Origin: Podarcis tiliguerta
Taxonomy: Eukaryota
Length of the DNA: 64,000 nucleotides
Direction: 5' to 3' (one strand)
Assembly: GCA_965153285.1 (NCBI GenBank)
Contig: OZ229114.1
Below, in pieces: positions 12,801-24,266 of the stretch. The notes under the pieces are model-generated. The model made no database searches. It saw only the letters and a list, made by a program, of their open reading frames with translations, and was not told the DNA's origin. The position numbers were made by a program, and so were the translations under genes. Position 1 is the first letter of the stretch. Every line of letters starts with the position of its first letter.

Positions 12801-15800
12801 TTGCATCAGCTTTTACGTCCCTAAGGGAAACAGGGTGGCTTGAAGGAAACAGGGCCATAGGTGACACATTAATGGCCAATGAGGAAGTGAGACTGAAATA
12901 AAACACCCCACATGACCTAGGAGCAGGAGTGGGGAAACTTTTTCAGACTCCCCAAGGGTATTCTGAGGGCTGTGGGTTAGGGAACCAAAAACACAATGAC
13001 TTTAGATGTACTGTGTGTTGCAACAAGCTGTCTATAAGGAAAGAAGAGCTCAAGGATTCCAGTGTGTTTACATGTGTGCTCCCTAGCCTAGATCTTGCAA
13101 TTCTTTCACCTGAACCAGAGTTTGTTGCTCCCTGCTGAATACTAGACTTACCAGCAGATGACAGCCTTGTAAAGTCCTTAATATATGTTGCTATGATTAT
13201 GAACTTTGCACCCTCTGTGGTTTCCAGTACAGTCATACCTCAGGTTGAAGTAGCTTCGGGATAAGCATTATCGGGTTGTGTGCTGCGGCGACCCGGAAGT
13301 AACAGAGCGCGTTACTTCCAGGTATTGATGATCGTGCATGTGCAGATGGTCAAAATGACATCACGCGCATGCATGGAAGTGGTGAATCATGACCCGTGCA
13401 TGTGCAGATGTGCGGACATGGGTTGCGTTCGCTTCTGGATGTGAACGGGGCTCCAGAACAGATCCCGTTCGCATCCAGAGGTACCAGTGTACCTGTTCCT
13501 AGTAAAAAACTGTCTCTCGGGGGCTTGGCAACAATTTTGAGGATTCCCTTTAAATAAAGAGTAGTGGCCAGTTCACAGAAGAGCATCAGCTTCACTTCCA
13601 TTCCTGATGTAAGTGTTTATTCATATAATAAACATATATAATCAGCCAATAATGGCAACATTCACAAACAAGAAGAAGATAGTGGGCTGGGGACCCTGCA
13701 GTGTGCAAGGGAAAAGCCTAGGAAGGGAAGTGATTCACAAACAAACCTATGAGAACTAAGGACTCAGCTACACTGGCTAAGAAAAATCACTTTATATGCA
13801 TTGTTTATGCATTTTAACACTATGACACCAGATGGCGATGTGGAGTTCCATTTTTGCTAACCCGATTTCTCATACAAAGTTTGCAATGCGTTTAACTGAA
13901 ATGCTTCTTTGATGTGTCTAGATCCAGCCCAAGTGTGCTCAGTGGCTGTGGATTGCGAACTGCCCAGGGTGGTGGAAAAGAATGGAGCAACTGGAATCCT
14001 GAACAGGGAGCCCACACACTGAAATATTTATTTGCACTGCAATACCCACTTGTTATATTAGATGGCATACGCAAGCAGATTCATCATGAGATTAGAGATT
14101 CCCCAAGTTTAAAAAGAAGATAACTGTGCTTCTGTTACACGGCAGGAGGTGTCATTGCAGAGCTTTCAGCAATGTGCAGTGATGGAGAGAGCTGTGTTGG
14201 CATTCAGACAACACCCCTATTTTCACCCTCAAACTGTATGGAACTGCAACATACATGAAAGCAAGCGCTTGGAGCCAGACTTCCAGTTTGGCTCACTTGT
14301 ATAGCTCCTCATCTAAATAGCCTGACTCCAGTCAGACATACAACATAGGTGCAACATTATTTGGGATCCAACGCATAAAAGAAAAACCTAACAGAAAGGC
14401 ACCACACAAAGTCATTGCACTGAAGCAAGTTGTCTCCCTTTTGCTTAATCCGCGCTGGGTGTTCAGCAAACAAAACATTATTACACTAATTGGATTAAGC
14501 AGGAAACACTTGTCCGAGGCTGTGCTTCTAGCTTCTATTAATGAATAATAAATGGCTTAGGAGCTGTCAGAGCATTGGATGGAATGACAGAAAGCCAATT
14601 CATCCTCACCGACAAAGAAGCGAGCCGTTTGGTAATTTTAGACTCCAGGCTGAACGGTATAAGAATGTGGAGAGGTGGGATCGCAATTCCTTTTGATGGC
14701 CGTGTTTCAAATGTGGCAAGCCAGCCTTGCTGCAATTGAGGTAGGGGGCTCCTCCTCATTCTGCTGAGTGAGGCCCTGAACTTCTGCCCAAAGTCCTGCC
14801 CTGCACCACTGGGCAAGTTGAGTGGCATAATAATAATAATAATAATAATAATTTATTATTTATACCCCGTCCATCCGGCTGCCCCAGTCACTCTGGGCAG
14901 CTTCCAACAAAGTATTAAAATACAGTAGTCTGTTAAACATTAAAAGCTTCCCTAAACAGGGCTGCCTTCAGATGTCTTCTAAAAGTCTGGTAGTTGTTTT
15001 TCTCTTTGACATCTGGTGGTAGGGCATTCCACAGGGCGGGCGCCACTACCTAGAAGGCCCTCTGCCTGGTTCCCTGTAACTTGGCTTCTCTCAGTGAGGG
15101 AACAACCAGAAGGCCCTCGGCACTGGACCTCAGTGTCCAGGCAGAATGATGGGGGTGGAGACGCTCCTTCAGGTATACTGGGCTGAGGCTGCATACTGTG
15201 GTAAAGATTAAATCCCTTTTTTGCCAATTATTTGCAACATTTTATTCTCTTGTATGGAGTGTATGGGGGTTTAGGAGGAATGCCTCTGGCGGGAGACGCA
15301 TCATGCTACTTCTGGGGTACCTTGCCCACCTTTGGTCTGCACCTTGCACTCAGCTCTCACCTGTGGCTGCTAGAAGCTGTCAGCATGCGACAGCAGCCAC
15401 ATTCTGGGAAATGTTCCGACTGGCTGACTAAACCAGGGGAGGGTAGCCAATGGGTCTCAAACCCTCAGTGGGTTGGGGACTTTCCCTGCAGACAGGCTCC
15501 AGCAGATTGTGCAGACAAGACCAATAGTGGGTCCAATGGTCAAAAAGGTGGTTTCTGCACGCGCCATAGAGGGAAGCGAGGAGCAGGTGTGGCTCATCAA
15601 CCCAGGAAGGTAGCCCATCTAGGCGAATGAAAATTCTGGTCCTAATTTTCCCTGAGGAAAAAAAAAATCTGTACCTGCTACCCTGTGGGGCATCTGCAGG
15701 AGAAGAAAAGGCTAAGGAGCAAATTCTACACAAATCCAGAATGGAGTCCCTAAGATACCTGGATGGTGTCTTGCATACCTCCTCTGGCAACACCTGCAGC

Positions 15801-18800
15801 CAAGCTGGTGCCAAATGTATTGCTCTGCTTTCCTTTGGACCACATCAGTGAGGCCAAGAGAGGGGAATTGTCATCTGGACAGTCCAAGACCTCCATCAAC
15901 ACTGCCCAGGCTTGCGCCCCAGAGAGGTCACTTCAGTGCTGCTAATGCAACAAAAACAACTTGGGAAGCAGCAGTTAGGAGTTACGGTCTCCGCAGCCAC
16001 AGCAGATGTTGTGATCTTCCAGCGGTTTGATTTCACCCCCGAGGCAGACTCCATTGTTTTTTGAGACAGACGGATGCCAATAATTCCCTAGCAGTTATTC
16101 CGCTACATAAACCATTCGTAGATCTGGAAAAATCTATACTCAGCAAGGCCCCATCCATGTACAAAAACCTGCCTGAGCTGAGTAGGAATGATAGGAGACT
16201 TGATTTCTTTCATCTGCATGAAGCCCCATGCAGTTGCCTTCCTCGTGTCACCATGTCCTTGATCTTTACAGATGATTAATAAGAGAACAACTGCTATCTT
16301 TGTCTGTTCTGCTTTGGAGAGCAGCCTCTGGCAGAAACTAGATGTATGCTAGGACAAATGAGCCACAAGCTGAAAGTTCCAAGAGAGTATTTTCACGAAT
16401 TCATGCAAACAGCCTTTTGCTGATATTAGTCATGGAGAAGTGTTTCATAAGGAAAGGACACAAGAAATCTGCTATGAAGGGGACTCCTGCAGCTCTGACT
16501 GCTCCTGTACTAGGAAAGGTTCCTCCTGATTGTTCATTCAGGCTCAGACATACAATGTGACACTCCACACATCACACATTTGGAAGCCAAGTTCTGCATT
16601 CTCTCCAGTGAGAAATTGCATTTGTAACGTTGGCTCAAAAGTCTGATGTAGTACTAACAACTGGAAAACTCCACACCAAGCTGTCCACAATTTACAGTGT
16701 GTGTGAAGCCATACTAGACTTCTCAGAAGTCCCTTGATTGGCATTCCTCAGGGCTGCCCCTCACAAGGTAAGCAGCAGCAATAAAAGCAATGTAAACATT
16801 ATCAGCACAATCTCTGGATGCTTAAGACTTTGGTAAATACTACATTTTGCTTTATTTGTTTTTTCAATAGTAGCAGTAGTTGTTGTTATATACCCCGCCC
16901 ATGTGACTGGGAATACAGGGTTCCTATTTGTACCAAATAATCATGAATGTTGCCAGATAAACTCATATTTAGTGGGAATGTGTCAACCATGGGATTGTTT
17001 GGTCATATAAATAACAAACGGCCCCAAAGCAGAAGCAAAGTCAGTAGGGTCCACATCACCCTGGCGGCAAATATTTTATGAGTCAGGCTTTTTTGGAAAT
17101 GGTAAAGAAAATGACTTTTTTTAAAGCAATAGATCTATAGAATAACAAGATGCATTCTTCCACCCTTGACAGCTCACTAGATGAGGGGCAAGCAACAGAT
17201 ATATAGAATTAATGGCTGAGAAGTAAGGTAAGAATTGGCCGTCAAAATTGGATGAGACATAACTTAGCATCCAGGGCAAACCTGTTTGCCAACAATAATA
17301 TCAGTTTCCATTACAATCTGCTTTCAGAACTTTGGTACAGTGGTACCTCAGGTCACATATGCTTCAGGTTACATACGCTTCAGGTTACAGACTCTGCTAA
17401 CCCAGAAATAGTGCTTCAGGTTAAGAACTTTGCTTCAGGATGAGAACAGAAATTGTGCTCTGGTGGCGCAGCAGCAGCGGCAGGCCCCATTAGCTAAAGT
17501 GGTGCTTCAGGTTAAGAACAGTTTCAGGTTAAGTATGGACCTCCAGAAAAATTAAGTACTTAACCTGAGGTACCACTGTACATAGTTTCATGTCACCACA
17601 TATGTTCCTTGTACCTTACAACTCCACCAGCATAAGGGGGAAACAATATGTGCTGGTCACACCAAGGTACATTGGTTAATTTCTGCCCTACAGAAAATTA
17701 CTGTATTTTTCTGCGTTGAAGAGGCCCCCATGTATAAGATGACTCCTACTTTTGGGAGCCCAAAATTAAGAAATCAGTCTTTTAAAACACCTGAACGACC
17801 CACTGCCCTGGTTGATGGAAGTGGTGATGTATTTCACTGCATAATGGCAGGAGCCTGCATCTTGCTTCCCTTGTCTCGGCTTGGCTCCACAGCTAACTCT
17901 GCAGCCCAGGCTCATTGACTCAGGAGCTGCGAGGAATGTCCGAGCTGACGCATAGCTCACCACAGACTTACGGTAGAAATCCATGTATAAGACGACCCCA
18001 AAGTCTGGATTGAAAAATGGAGGGGGGTGTTGTCTCATACACGGGAAAGTATGGTATGTAGTTTAGCTCCTCCTGCGATCCTTTTGTAGTATAGTCAAAT
18101 TGTGATGGAACACAAATCGTATTTCAAACTTCCTCAATTGAATTGCCAAATGTCCGGTGCTTCACTTTAATGAAGGATGCAATTCAGAGCATGAAACAAT
18201 TAATCAGCCTTTACAGTATTGCTATGCTGCTGAATTGTACATTTAATAAAACCACTAATTAGTTGTTTTTAGGTTGCTTCCATATGTAATAGTGACCTAG
18301 TAACCTATCCTGCTGAGTTTTGCTCTATATGTTTATGCTTAGGAAATGGATCACATTTCTTGTTTTGCAATGGCAGTAATCCTAAAGACATTCAATTGGA
18401 AGTATTTTCTGAAACCGGTAAGACTTACTCCCAGATCAATGGGTTTAGGATTGCGAAACTGAACAGCTGTACATAACTCATATTGGCAAAGATTGTAGCG
18501 TCTCAAAAGGAAATGTACAAATCTTAATCTCCCATATATACAAAAAAGTTTTAGCATATTGTGTTGACATTTTGTGTCCTCAGAAAACTTCGGTCATCGT
18601 TAGGACCTTTTTTGGAATCTTTTAAGCAAGAGATTTCAGAAGAACTATTTCAACAGTTATAAAACCCATGTACCTACGAGACCGCCTCTCCTGGTATGCC
18701 CCGCGGAGGACCTTAAGGTCCACAAATGACAACATTTTGGAGGTCCCAAGTCACAAGGTGGTTAGATTGGTCTCAACTAGGGCCAGGGCCTTTTCGGTAC

Positions 18801-20573
18801 TGGCCCCGACTTGGTGGAACGCTCTGTCACAAGAGACTAGGGCCCTGCGGGACTTGACATCTTTCCGCAGAGCCTGCAAGACAGAGCTGTTCCGCCTGGC
18901 CTTTGGTTTGGACTCAGTCGGACCCTTATGTTTCCCTCCCCTTATGGTTTTGATCTTTGGGCTACTTTTAAAATGAGGCTGCATTTTGAATTGCATTTTA
19001 ACCTGTATTTTAAATTGGGTTTTTTTCCTATTATGTTTCTACTGTAATTTTACTGGTGTTAGCTGCCCTGAGCCCGGCCCTGGCCGGGTAGGGTGGGGTA
19101 TAAATAAAATTTGTTGTTGTTGTTGTTATTATTATTATTACTAAAACAAGGCTATCAATAGCTACAAGCTGTGATGACTATGCTCTACTACTACAGGCAG
19201 AGGCATTATGCCTCTGAATACCAGTTGTCGCATATTGCAGCAGGCAGAGTGCTGTTGTGCTCACATCCAGCTTGCAAGCTTCCCACAAGCATCTGGTTGG
19301 CCACTGTGAGAACAGAATCCAGGACTAGATGAGCCATTGGCCTGATCCAGCAGGCTTATTTTTCATTCTTAAAAACTCTGGTGTGCAGGCAGCCAAGAGT
19401 GACCCATGTTTATTCTCCCTTCCATTCTTTTCCATGGACTTTATTTAGAAAAATGTCTAGCCTAGTTTTCCAAAGTGCAGGGTAGCTCACAAAGCAAACT
19501 TGTGGCTTTGGAAAAGTTTTATTTCCCATCAAAGGAAGTGCTTTCAGAAAGACAGCTTTTCAAGTCACAGGTGGGCTGTGCAGATTTTGTTGGTCCAAGC
19601 AGTAGACTGGAGACTAGAAGGAGCCAGTGTGGTGTAGTGGTTAAGAGCGGTGGACTCGTAATCTGGGGAACCGGGTTCATGTCTCTGCTCCTCCACATGC
19701 AGCTGCTGGGTGACTTTGGGCCAGTCACACTTCTTGGAGGTCTCTCAGCCCCACTCACCTCACAGAGTGTTTGTGGTGGGGGAGGAAGGGAAAGGAGAAT
19801 GTTAGCCACTTCGAGACTCCTTCGGGTAGTGATAAAGCGGAATATCAAATCCAAACTCTTCTCAAATCCAAGGATCTTTTCCATCTGGATGGCTGAATGT
19901 AAAACTCTGCACTGGTTGGTATGACTATTTTTAGCAACTCCTCTTTGCCCTATTTTCAGTCAGTAGTACTGTACAGCATCAAACGATCTGTGGTAATTCA
20001 CACAAAAACTACTCTTAAAAAATTACAGCTAAACTGTGGTTAAAGCTTTAAAAAAAAAATCCCCAAGAAGGTGAAGGGAGGAAGGTAAGGTGACAGAGAA
20101 GTCTCAGTGAACCAAGACTTGGTTGGAAAATTGAAGCCCTGACTTCAGTTTGCTGTAACAAATGGCTCAACAGGTGAAGGATCTTAGAAGGTTATTTCCG
20201 ATGGATAATGAGCTGATTAGTAGCCACTGGTTATGGTTATGTTATGTTTTTATAGGGGAGAGGAGGAAGGCTTGGCTACCGAAGCCCTGCACAACCATCT
20301 CAATGAAGGAACAATAAATATTTGCTTTGCATGTTTTTTTGAAGCATACCTTTCTTAATGCCATTTCTATTCATCATTCAGGTTTAAGGAGTAGGGCATG
20401 GGTTATACTGTAGCACTTCACCATGGCGCTACCATTATTTTTCTTTCCTTCTCTCTCCCCCCCCCCCCAAATAGCTGCATCTGATCACGCAATAACTTTG
20501 GTATTTCTTTGACTCCACCTCTTCTCCATATTCTAACTTGCAAGATTAGTTTCTCCTGTTAGAAATTACCATC

Positions 20574-20615
<42 letters not shown>

Positions 20616-23600
20616 TAATTCCAGTACGTCTAGTACTGTTTCTAGTATGTCACAGAAGAGTCCTAAAGTCAGGCAGTTATAAATTACTCAGGGGGCAATC
20701 ATATGGCAAGAGTCACCTGGATGAGCTGCTTAGAATGCAGGTGAAGATATGCTTGCAAGTGGAATGTGGCTATCTCCGAATTTGTTTGTTTTTAAACATA
20801 TTACTTATTTTTACTTATATCATGAAATTTATATACCAAGTGATTGTAACTGCTGCTGCCCCCCCAAAAAACCCCAAGGCAGTTTACAGAAAGAATAATA
20901 GAATGCAATTATTAGTGAAAACAATTAAAACATCCAAAGAATTGGAAGCAGCAATAAACTAAGAACACATCAGCATTCTCAATATCTGGGTAAACAAAAA
21001 TGTTTCTAGCAGGCAGCAAAAAGAGTACAACGAAAGCCCCTTTTCAACAAAATGACTCACCGCTCTGACTTCAGAAGCAGATTATAAGAAAAACAGTTGT
21101 AATCTTTTGTATTGTTAACCGGTTTTAGGCTGTAAAACTTAACAGGGCTTTCCTCATTTAGCTATTTGCTTGAAATATTTTCAGCCTACCCTTCTTCACA
21201 AGGGACCCCAGGGTGGGGTGCAGTGGCTCCATTTGAAAAAGAATAACCATCAGCACAATGATAATAAGCACTCTTGCATCTGCCCGCCAGACAGGATTTT
21301 GGGTAGCTCTGAATTTCACAGGTTCCTTTTTATCTGAGAGGTATTGTAGCTCTGAATGCAGTGGTGTGTCCCAGCCTTAAGAAGATCTCCCTGGGCTCAG
21401 TAGTTAAACAACCATTACACTGGCAAATAGCCCCTTTGGGGCAAAGCACTAGAAAGGGTGGCAACAGTCCAGGCTTGCTTGGAGGCAACAACTTGGATAC
21501 GTTCTAGTCTGGCTTCATGACTGGCCATACCATTGAACCTGCCTTAGTAGCCATGGTTGATGACAGTTGTTCGGAGAAAGATAGGTGGAATGTGACCCTG
21601 CTTGCTCCTCTTGACTGACTGGCAGTTTTCAGTATCATGGTATCCTTTTGGAGCATCTCAGGGAGGTGGGGGTTGGGAACCCTGTGCTTCAGTGGCTCTG
21701 CTCCTACCTCCAGCGCCATTTCCAGAACCTACTTATGGAAGGCTGAGCACCATGGGAGTTCTCCTATTGTGTTCAGCAGGGTTTCATCTTGTTCACTAAA
21801 GCAGCGGGTGGCGACGGCAGTGTTAAGTTACCATCTGAAAAGAACGGTGATTTTTTTGCTGGGTGGGTGGAGGGAAATAGTTTATTGTTATGAGAAAGTG
21901 ACCCTCCAAAATTAATAATCCTTGGGTGGCGATGCTGCTGTGAAGTGTTAGGGGTTTCTTGACCACCACGAAAGGGAGAGGGAACTAAATTGCTGCCCTT
22001 AGTTGGAGATTTGGGGGTTGAACGCTCGCTGAAAAGTAAAGCCCGGCCCTTGGGAGAAGTGGGTGGAAAGCTATTCTTTTTTTTACCCTGCTTACTTGGG
22101 GAGCAAGGCAGCAACTGGGTGACATTACAGAGATTGTCATCTCCAAGCCGGGCTGAGAGGCAAGACCTGCTTCTGGGGTGAAACTGACAGTGGGCTTGTG
22201 CCCAGTTTCGAAGCCTCCTCATTCTCTAGAGGTCTGTGGCATCTCCTAATTGATTTCCGCTTTGGGAATTTGATGGTGCTCTGGCTTTCAGACTGAGATC
22301 TGGTACAAGGCATGATGGACACGTCAACCCAAACCTGCGGAGCAAAAGGGGCACGAGGCTTCTTCTCGCAACCAACCCGCTTGACTAAATGAAGCGACTC
22401 CGCCTGCCCGCGCGTGGCCAACCGGCCCCAACCCGCCCAATGGTTCCCCGGGATCCAAAATTAATAATTTGGAAATGTGTCACTAGGTGCAGACCAGTAG
22501 TCTAGCAGTTTTTACTTCTGGGTATAGATAGTCCTATAAATATCTCCAAAAGACATCTCTGCTGATCATGGAATCCTAGATCATGATCTTTTGGTAATAC
22601 AGTGGTACCTCGGGTTACATACGCTTCAGGTTACAGTCTCCACTAACCCAGAAATAGTACCTCGGGTTAAGAACTTTGCTTCAGGATGAGAACAGAAATT
22701 GTGCTCCGGCAGCATGACAGCAGCAGGAGGCCCCATTAGGTAAAGTGGTACTTCAGGTTAAGAACAGTTTCAGGTTAAGAACGGACCTCCGGAACGAATT
22801 AAGTACTTAACCCAAGGTACCACTGTACTGTAATCAAAATGTATTTGCTTAACCCATCAATCACCTAAATGGCATCACCTGACCTTAGTATGCCACTGAG
22901 GATGGCACACTCCTGATTTCTCTTTGGGAAGGGGAAAAGTGTGCATCGCCACCCCTTCCATCCAGTGATGCTGTTTTCCCTGGTGGCGTTCTGATATGTT
23001 ATTTTACCTGGCACAATCTGCGTGCTGCTTTCCCTGGCACGATCGGTGGTATGTTTTTAGCAGTGCGAGACTCCCTAAAAACAACTTTGGGGGGCGCCGG
23101 GCGTAAAATTTGCACCATGGCACTGTATATGCTAAAGATGGCCCTGCATAATTTTCTCATCCCAGCTCAGCCAGTTGAAGTGAGGCCAAATGCAACTTCC
23201 AAAAAGGGGCATTCTGGGTGTGGGACCAGAGAGGAGGGACTTAAATTGGAGCCTGAACCTATTCAGCTCAGTCACATGACTTGTGGGGTAGCACTTAACA
23301 CTGCTTTCCGCCAGCTTCTGTGCATAGGATTGCTCTCTTAGAATGCTAGAGCCTCACATCATCACAACCTTTCCGCGAGAGCGCGCAAAGCTCATTGCAA
23401 ATGTATAAAGTTCCAGTAGGCAGTTTTCCAAATCCCCACGTGGGACACTGAACGCATCTTGCCTGTTTCTAGATGGTGCAGTCTGAGCTTAAAGCACTTT
23501 TACTCTGAAGCAAGCCCCACTGCTTTAAATGGGGATTTCGTCACAAAGACGTGCGCACTGGCTTGCTGCCTTACTCTGGAGTAAGTCACATCAAGTGAGG

Positions 23601-24266
23601 AGGGGCTTATTTCCTAGCAAAAGCGTTTAGAACCGCAAGCCAACAGCCAGACTCTGCTCAGGTTTCCTAAACCCCCCTTTGTTTCAATGCTACTTACTCC
23701 TTAGTAAGGCAGAAGGCTTACAGCATAGCTGCTTGGAACTGAACCTCAGCTTAGTGAGACTGACTTGCGAGTCAACTGGCACCGTGCTTGAGCTCGAACC
23801 CTGCCCCACCCTATGCATGTTTACTCAGAAGTAAAACTTACTGAGCTGCCTCCACAGAATTCCATTATAGCCCGATCGTATATGCATCCCCTTCGACAGC
23901 TGGGATAACTCAGTCGGTACAGTATGAGATTCTTAATCTCAAGGTCGTGGGTTCGAGTCCTACTTGGGTAAAGAGATTCCTTCATTATAAGGGATGACCC
24001 TCGTGATCCCTACCAACTCGACAATTCCCAGCTTCAACCAGGCTTAACTCTCAGAAAAGCAAAAAAATTCACTAGCCTGCGGCGCGAACACATTCGTTTA
24101 CTGCAGTTTCTGTTTACGTCCAAGCGAACTAGGCGAGGATCGGGCACCTAGACGGGGCGCAGACGCGCTTACCTAGCAGCAGGAACGAGAAGACCCATTG
24201 AAAGACGGCGGCCGTCTGCAGCCTCCTCGCCAGGGGGATGTTGAGCGGGGCGAACTCGACCTTCAT
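3668..24266 (-). CDS. MOGAT1: Monoacylglycerol O-acyltransferase 1 (DGAT2/DAGAT family), exons 1-5: complement(join(3668..3867,6380..6554,8741..8945,9943..10121,24173..24266)); last exon not found in window
   Basis: Starts [21 protein letters not shown]; [19 protein letters not shown] and [15 protein letters not shown] motifs; GT-AG junctions with consistent phases (94/179/205/175/200 nt); divergent from FARSB as in other vertebrates. Confidence 0.95.
3939..4346 (+). mobile_element. BovB (RTE) LINE 3' fragment
   Basis: [39 protein letters not shown]...; (CAA)n tail. Confidence 0.9.
5720..5995 (+). mobile_element. Degenerate RTE LINE 3' fragment interrupted by (CAGA)n
   Basis: Residual RTE C-terminal coding signal (LADN...); 3' tail similar to 16025-16082. 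Confidence 0.55.
6025..6250. mobile_element. MITE family A copy
   Basis: CAGTGGTACCTCGGGTT...AACCCGAGGTACCACT, TA flanks. Confidence 0.8.
6380..6554 (-). CDS. MOGAT1: MOGAT1 exon 4
   Basis: [39 protein letters not shown]...[12 protein letters not shown]; TTTCAG / GTAAGT. Confidence 0.95.
7323..8143. mobile_element. hAT-type MITE carrying a nested solo LTR
   Basis: TIR CAGGGCCAGATTTA / TAAATCTGGCCCTG; 8-bp TSD CTCATGCA at 7315-7322 and 8144-8151. Confidence 0.88.
7668..8102 (+). mobile_element. Solo LTR (Ty3/Gypsy- or BEL-like)
   Basis: TGT...ACA termini; 5-bp TSD TAAGC at 7663-7667 and 8103-8107; AGTAAA polyA-like signal ~8060. Confidence 0.75.
8741..8945 (-). CDS. MOGAT1: MOGAT1 exon 3 (HPHG motif)
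   Basis: [31 protein letters not shown]...RDYIMCA; TTTCAG / GTAAGC. Confidence 0.95.
9102..9356 (-). mobile_element. tRNA-derived SINE (Squam3-like)
   Basis: Reverse complement of the 19620-19862 element. Confidence 0.8.
9943..10121 (-). CDS. MOGAT1: MOGAT1 exon 2
   Basis: AQCCCG...[35 protein letters not shown]; acceptor TTTTTAG, donor GTGAGT. Confidence 0.95.
10445..10578. mobile_element. MITE family A, truncated copy
   Basis: Right half ending AACCCGAGGTACCACTG-TA. Confidence 0.7.
13230..13489. mobile_element. Tigger/Mariner-like MITE
   Basis: TA-CAGTCATACCTC...GAGGTACCAGTG-TA degenerate TIRs. Confidence 0.6.
14827..15190 (-). mobile_element. L2-clade LINE 3' end
   Basis: (AAT)n tail; same sequence as 35900-36140 (-) and 53215-53535 (+). 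Confidence 0.75.
15256..15443 (+). ncRNA. Putative (probably decayed) HDV-like self-cleaving ribozyme
   Basis: P1 GGAGUGU/ACAUUCU, P2 CUCUCACCUG/CAGGGGAGGG, P3 GGC/GCC, GG after P1, CUAA before P2'. Confidence 0.5.
15256..16082 (+). mobile_element. Non-autonomous, internally deleted RTE-like retroposon with 5' HDV-like ribozyme fold
   Basis: No RT ORF; ends with remnant GLRSHSRC peptide and RTE-type tail shared with 5933-5995; 5' double-pseudoknot pairing pattern. Confidence 0.6.
17338..17578. mobile_element. MITE family A copy
   Basis: TA-CAGTGGTACCTCAGGT...ACCTGAGGTACCACTG-TA. Confidence 0.85.
17701..18054. mobile_element. Tc1/pogo-like MITE
   Basis: TA-CTGTATTTTTC...GAAAGTATGG-TA degenerate TIRs; internal GTATAAGAC repeats. 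Confidence 0.6.
18665..19140 (+). mobile_element. L2-clade LINE 3' end
   Basis: [18 protein letters not shown]...[14 protein letters not shown]...[10 protein letters not shown]; (TTG)n(TTA)n tail. Confidence 0.85.
19620..19862 (+). mobile_element. tRNA-derived SINE (Squam3-like)
   Basis: A-box TGGTGTAGTGG and B-box-like GGTTCATGTC head; tail ATCAAATCCAAACTCTTC. Confidence 0.8.
20576..20611. repeat. (CA)n microsatellite
   Basis: Seen directly. Confidence 0.95.
21450..21780 (+). mobile_element. Degenerate L2 reverse-transcriptase fragment
   Basis: Residual (F)QSGF...TE(P)ALVA(M)VDD...LLL...GILLE(H)L pattern with stops and frameshifts. Confidence 0.55.
22600..22825. mobile_element. MITE family A copy
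   Basis: TIRs and TA TSD. Confidence 0.85.
23899..24027 (+). mobile_element. tRNA-Lys(CTT)-derived SINE with CR1-type 3' tail (POM/PolIII-SINE-like)
   Basis: Head ~13 differences from vertebrate tRNA-Lys-CTT, followed by ...GATGACCCTCGTGATCCCTACCAACTCGACAATTC CR1-like end. Confidence 0.75.

Noticed and set aside
23899-23970. Functional tRNA-Lys(CTT) gene
   Set aside because: About 13 differences including broken acceptor-stem pairs and a deletion; continues into a CR1-type tail, so it is a SINE.
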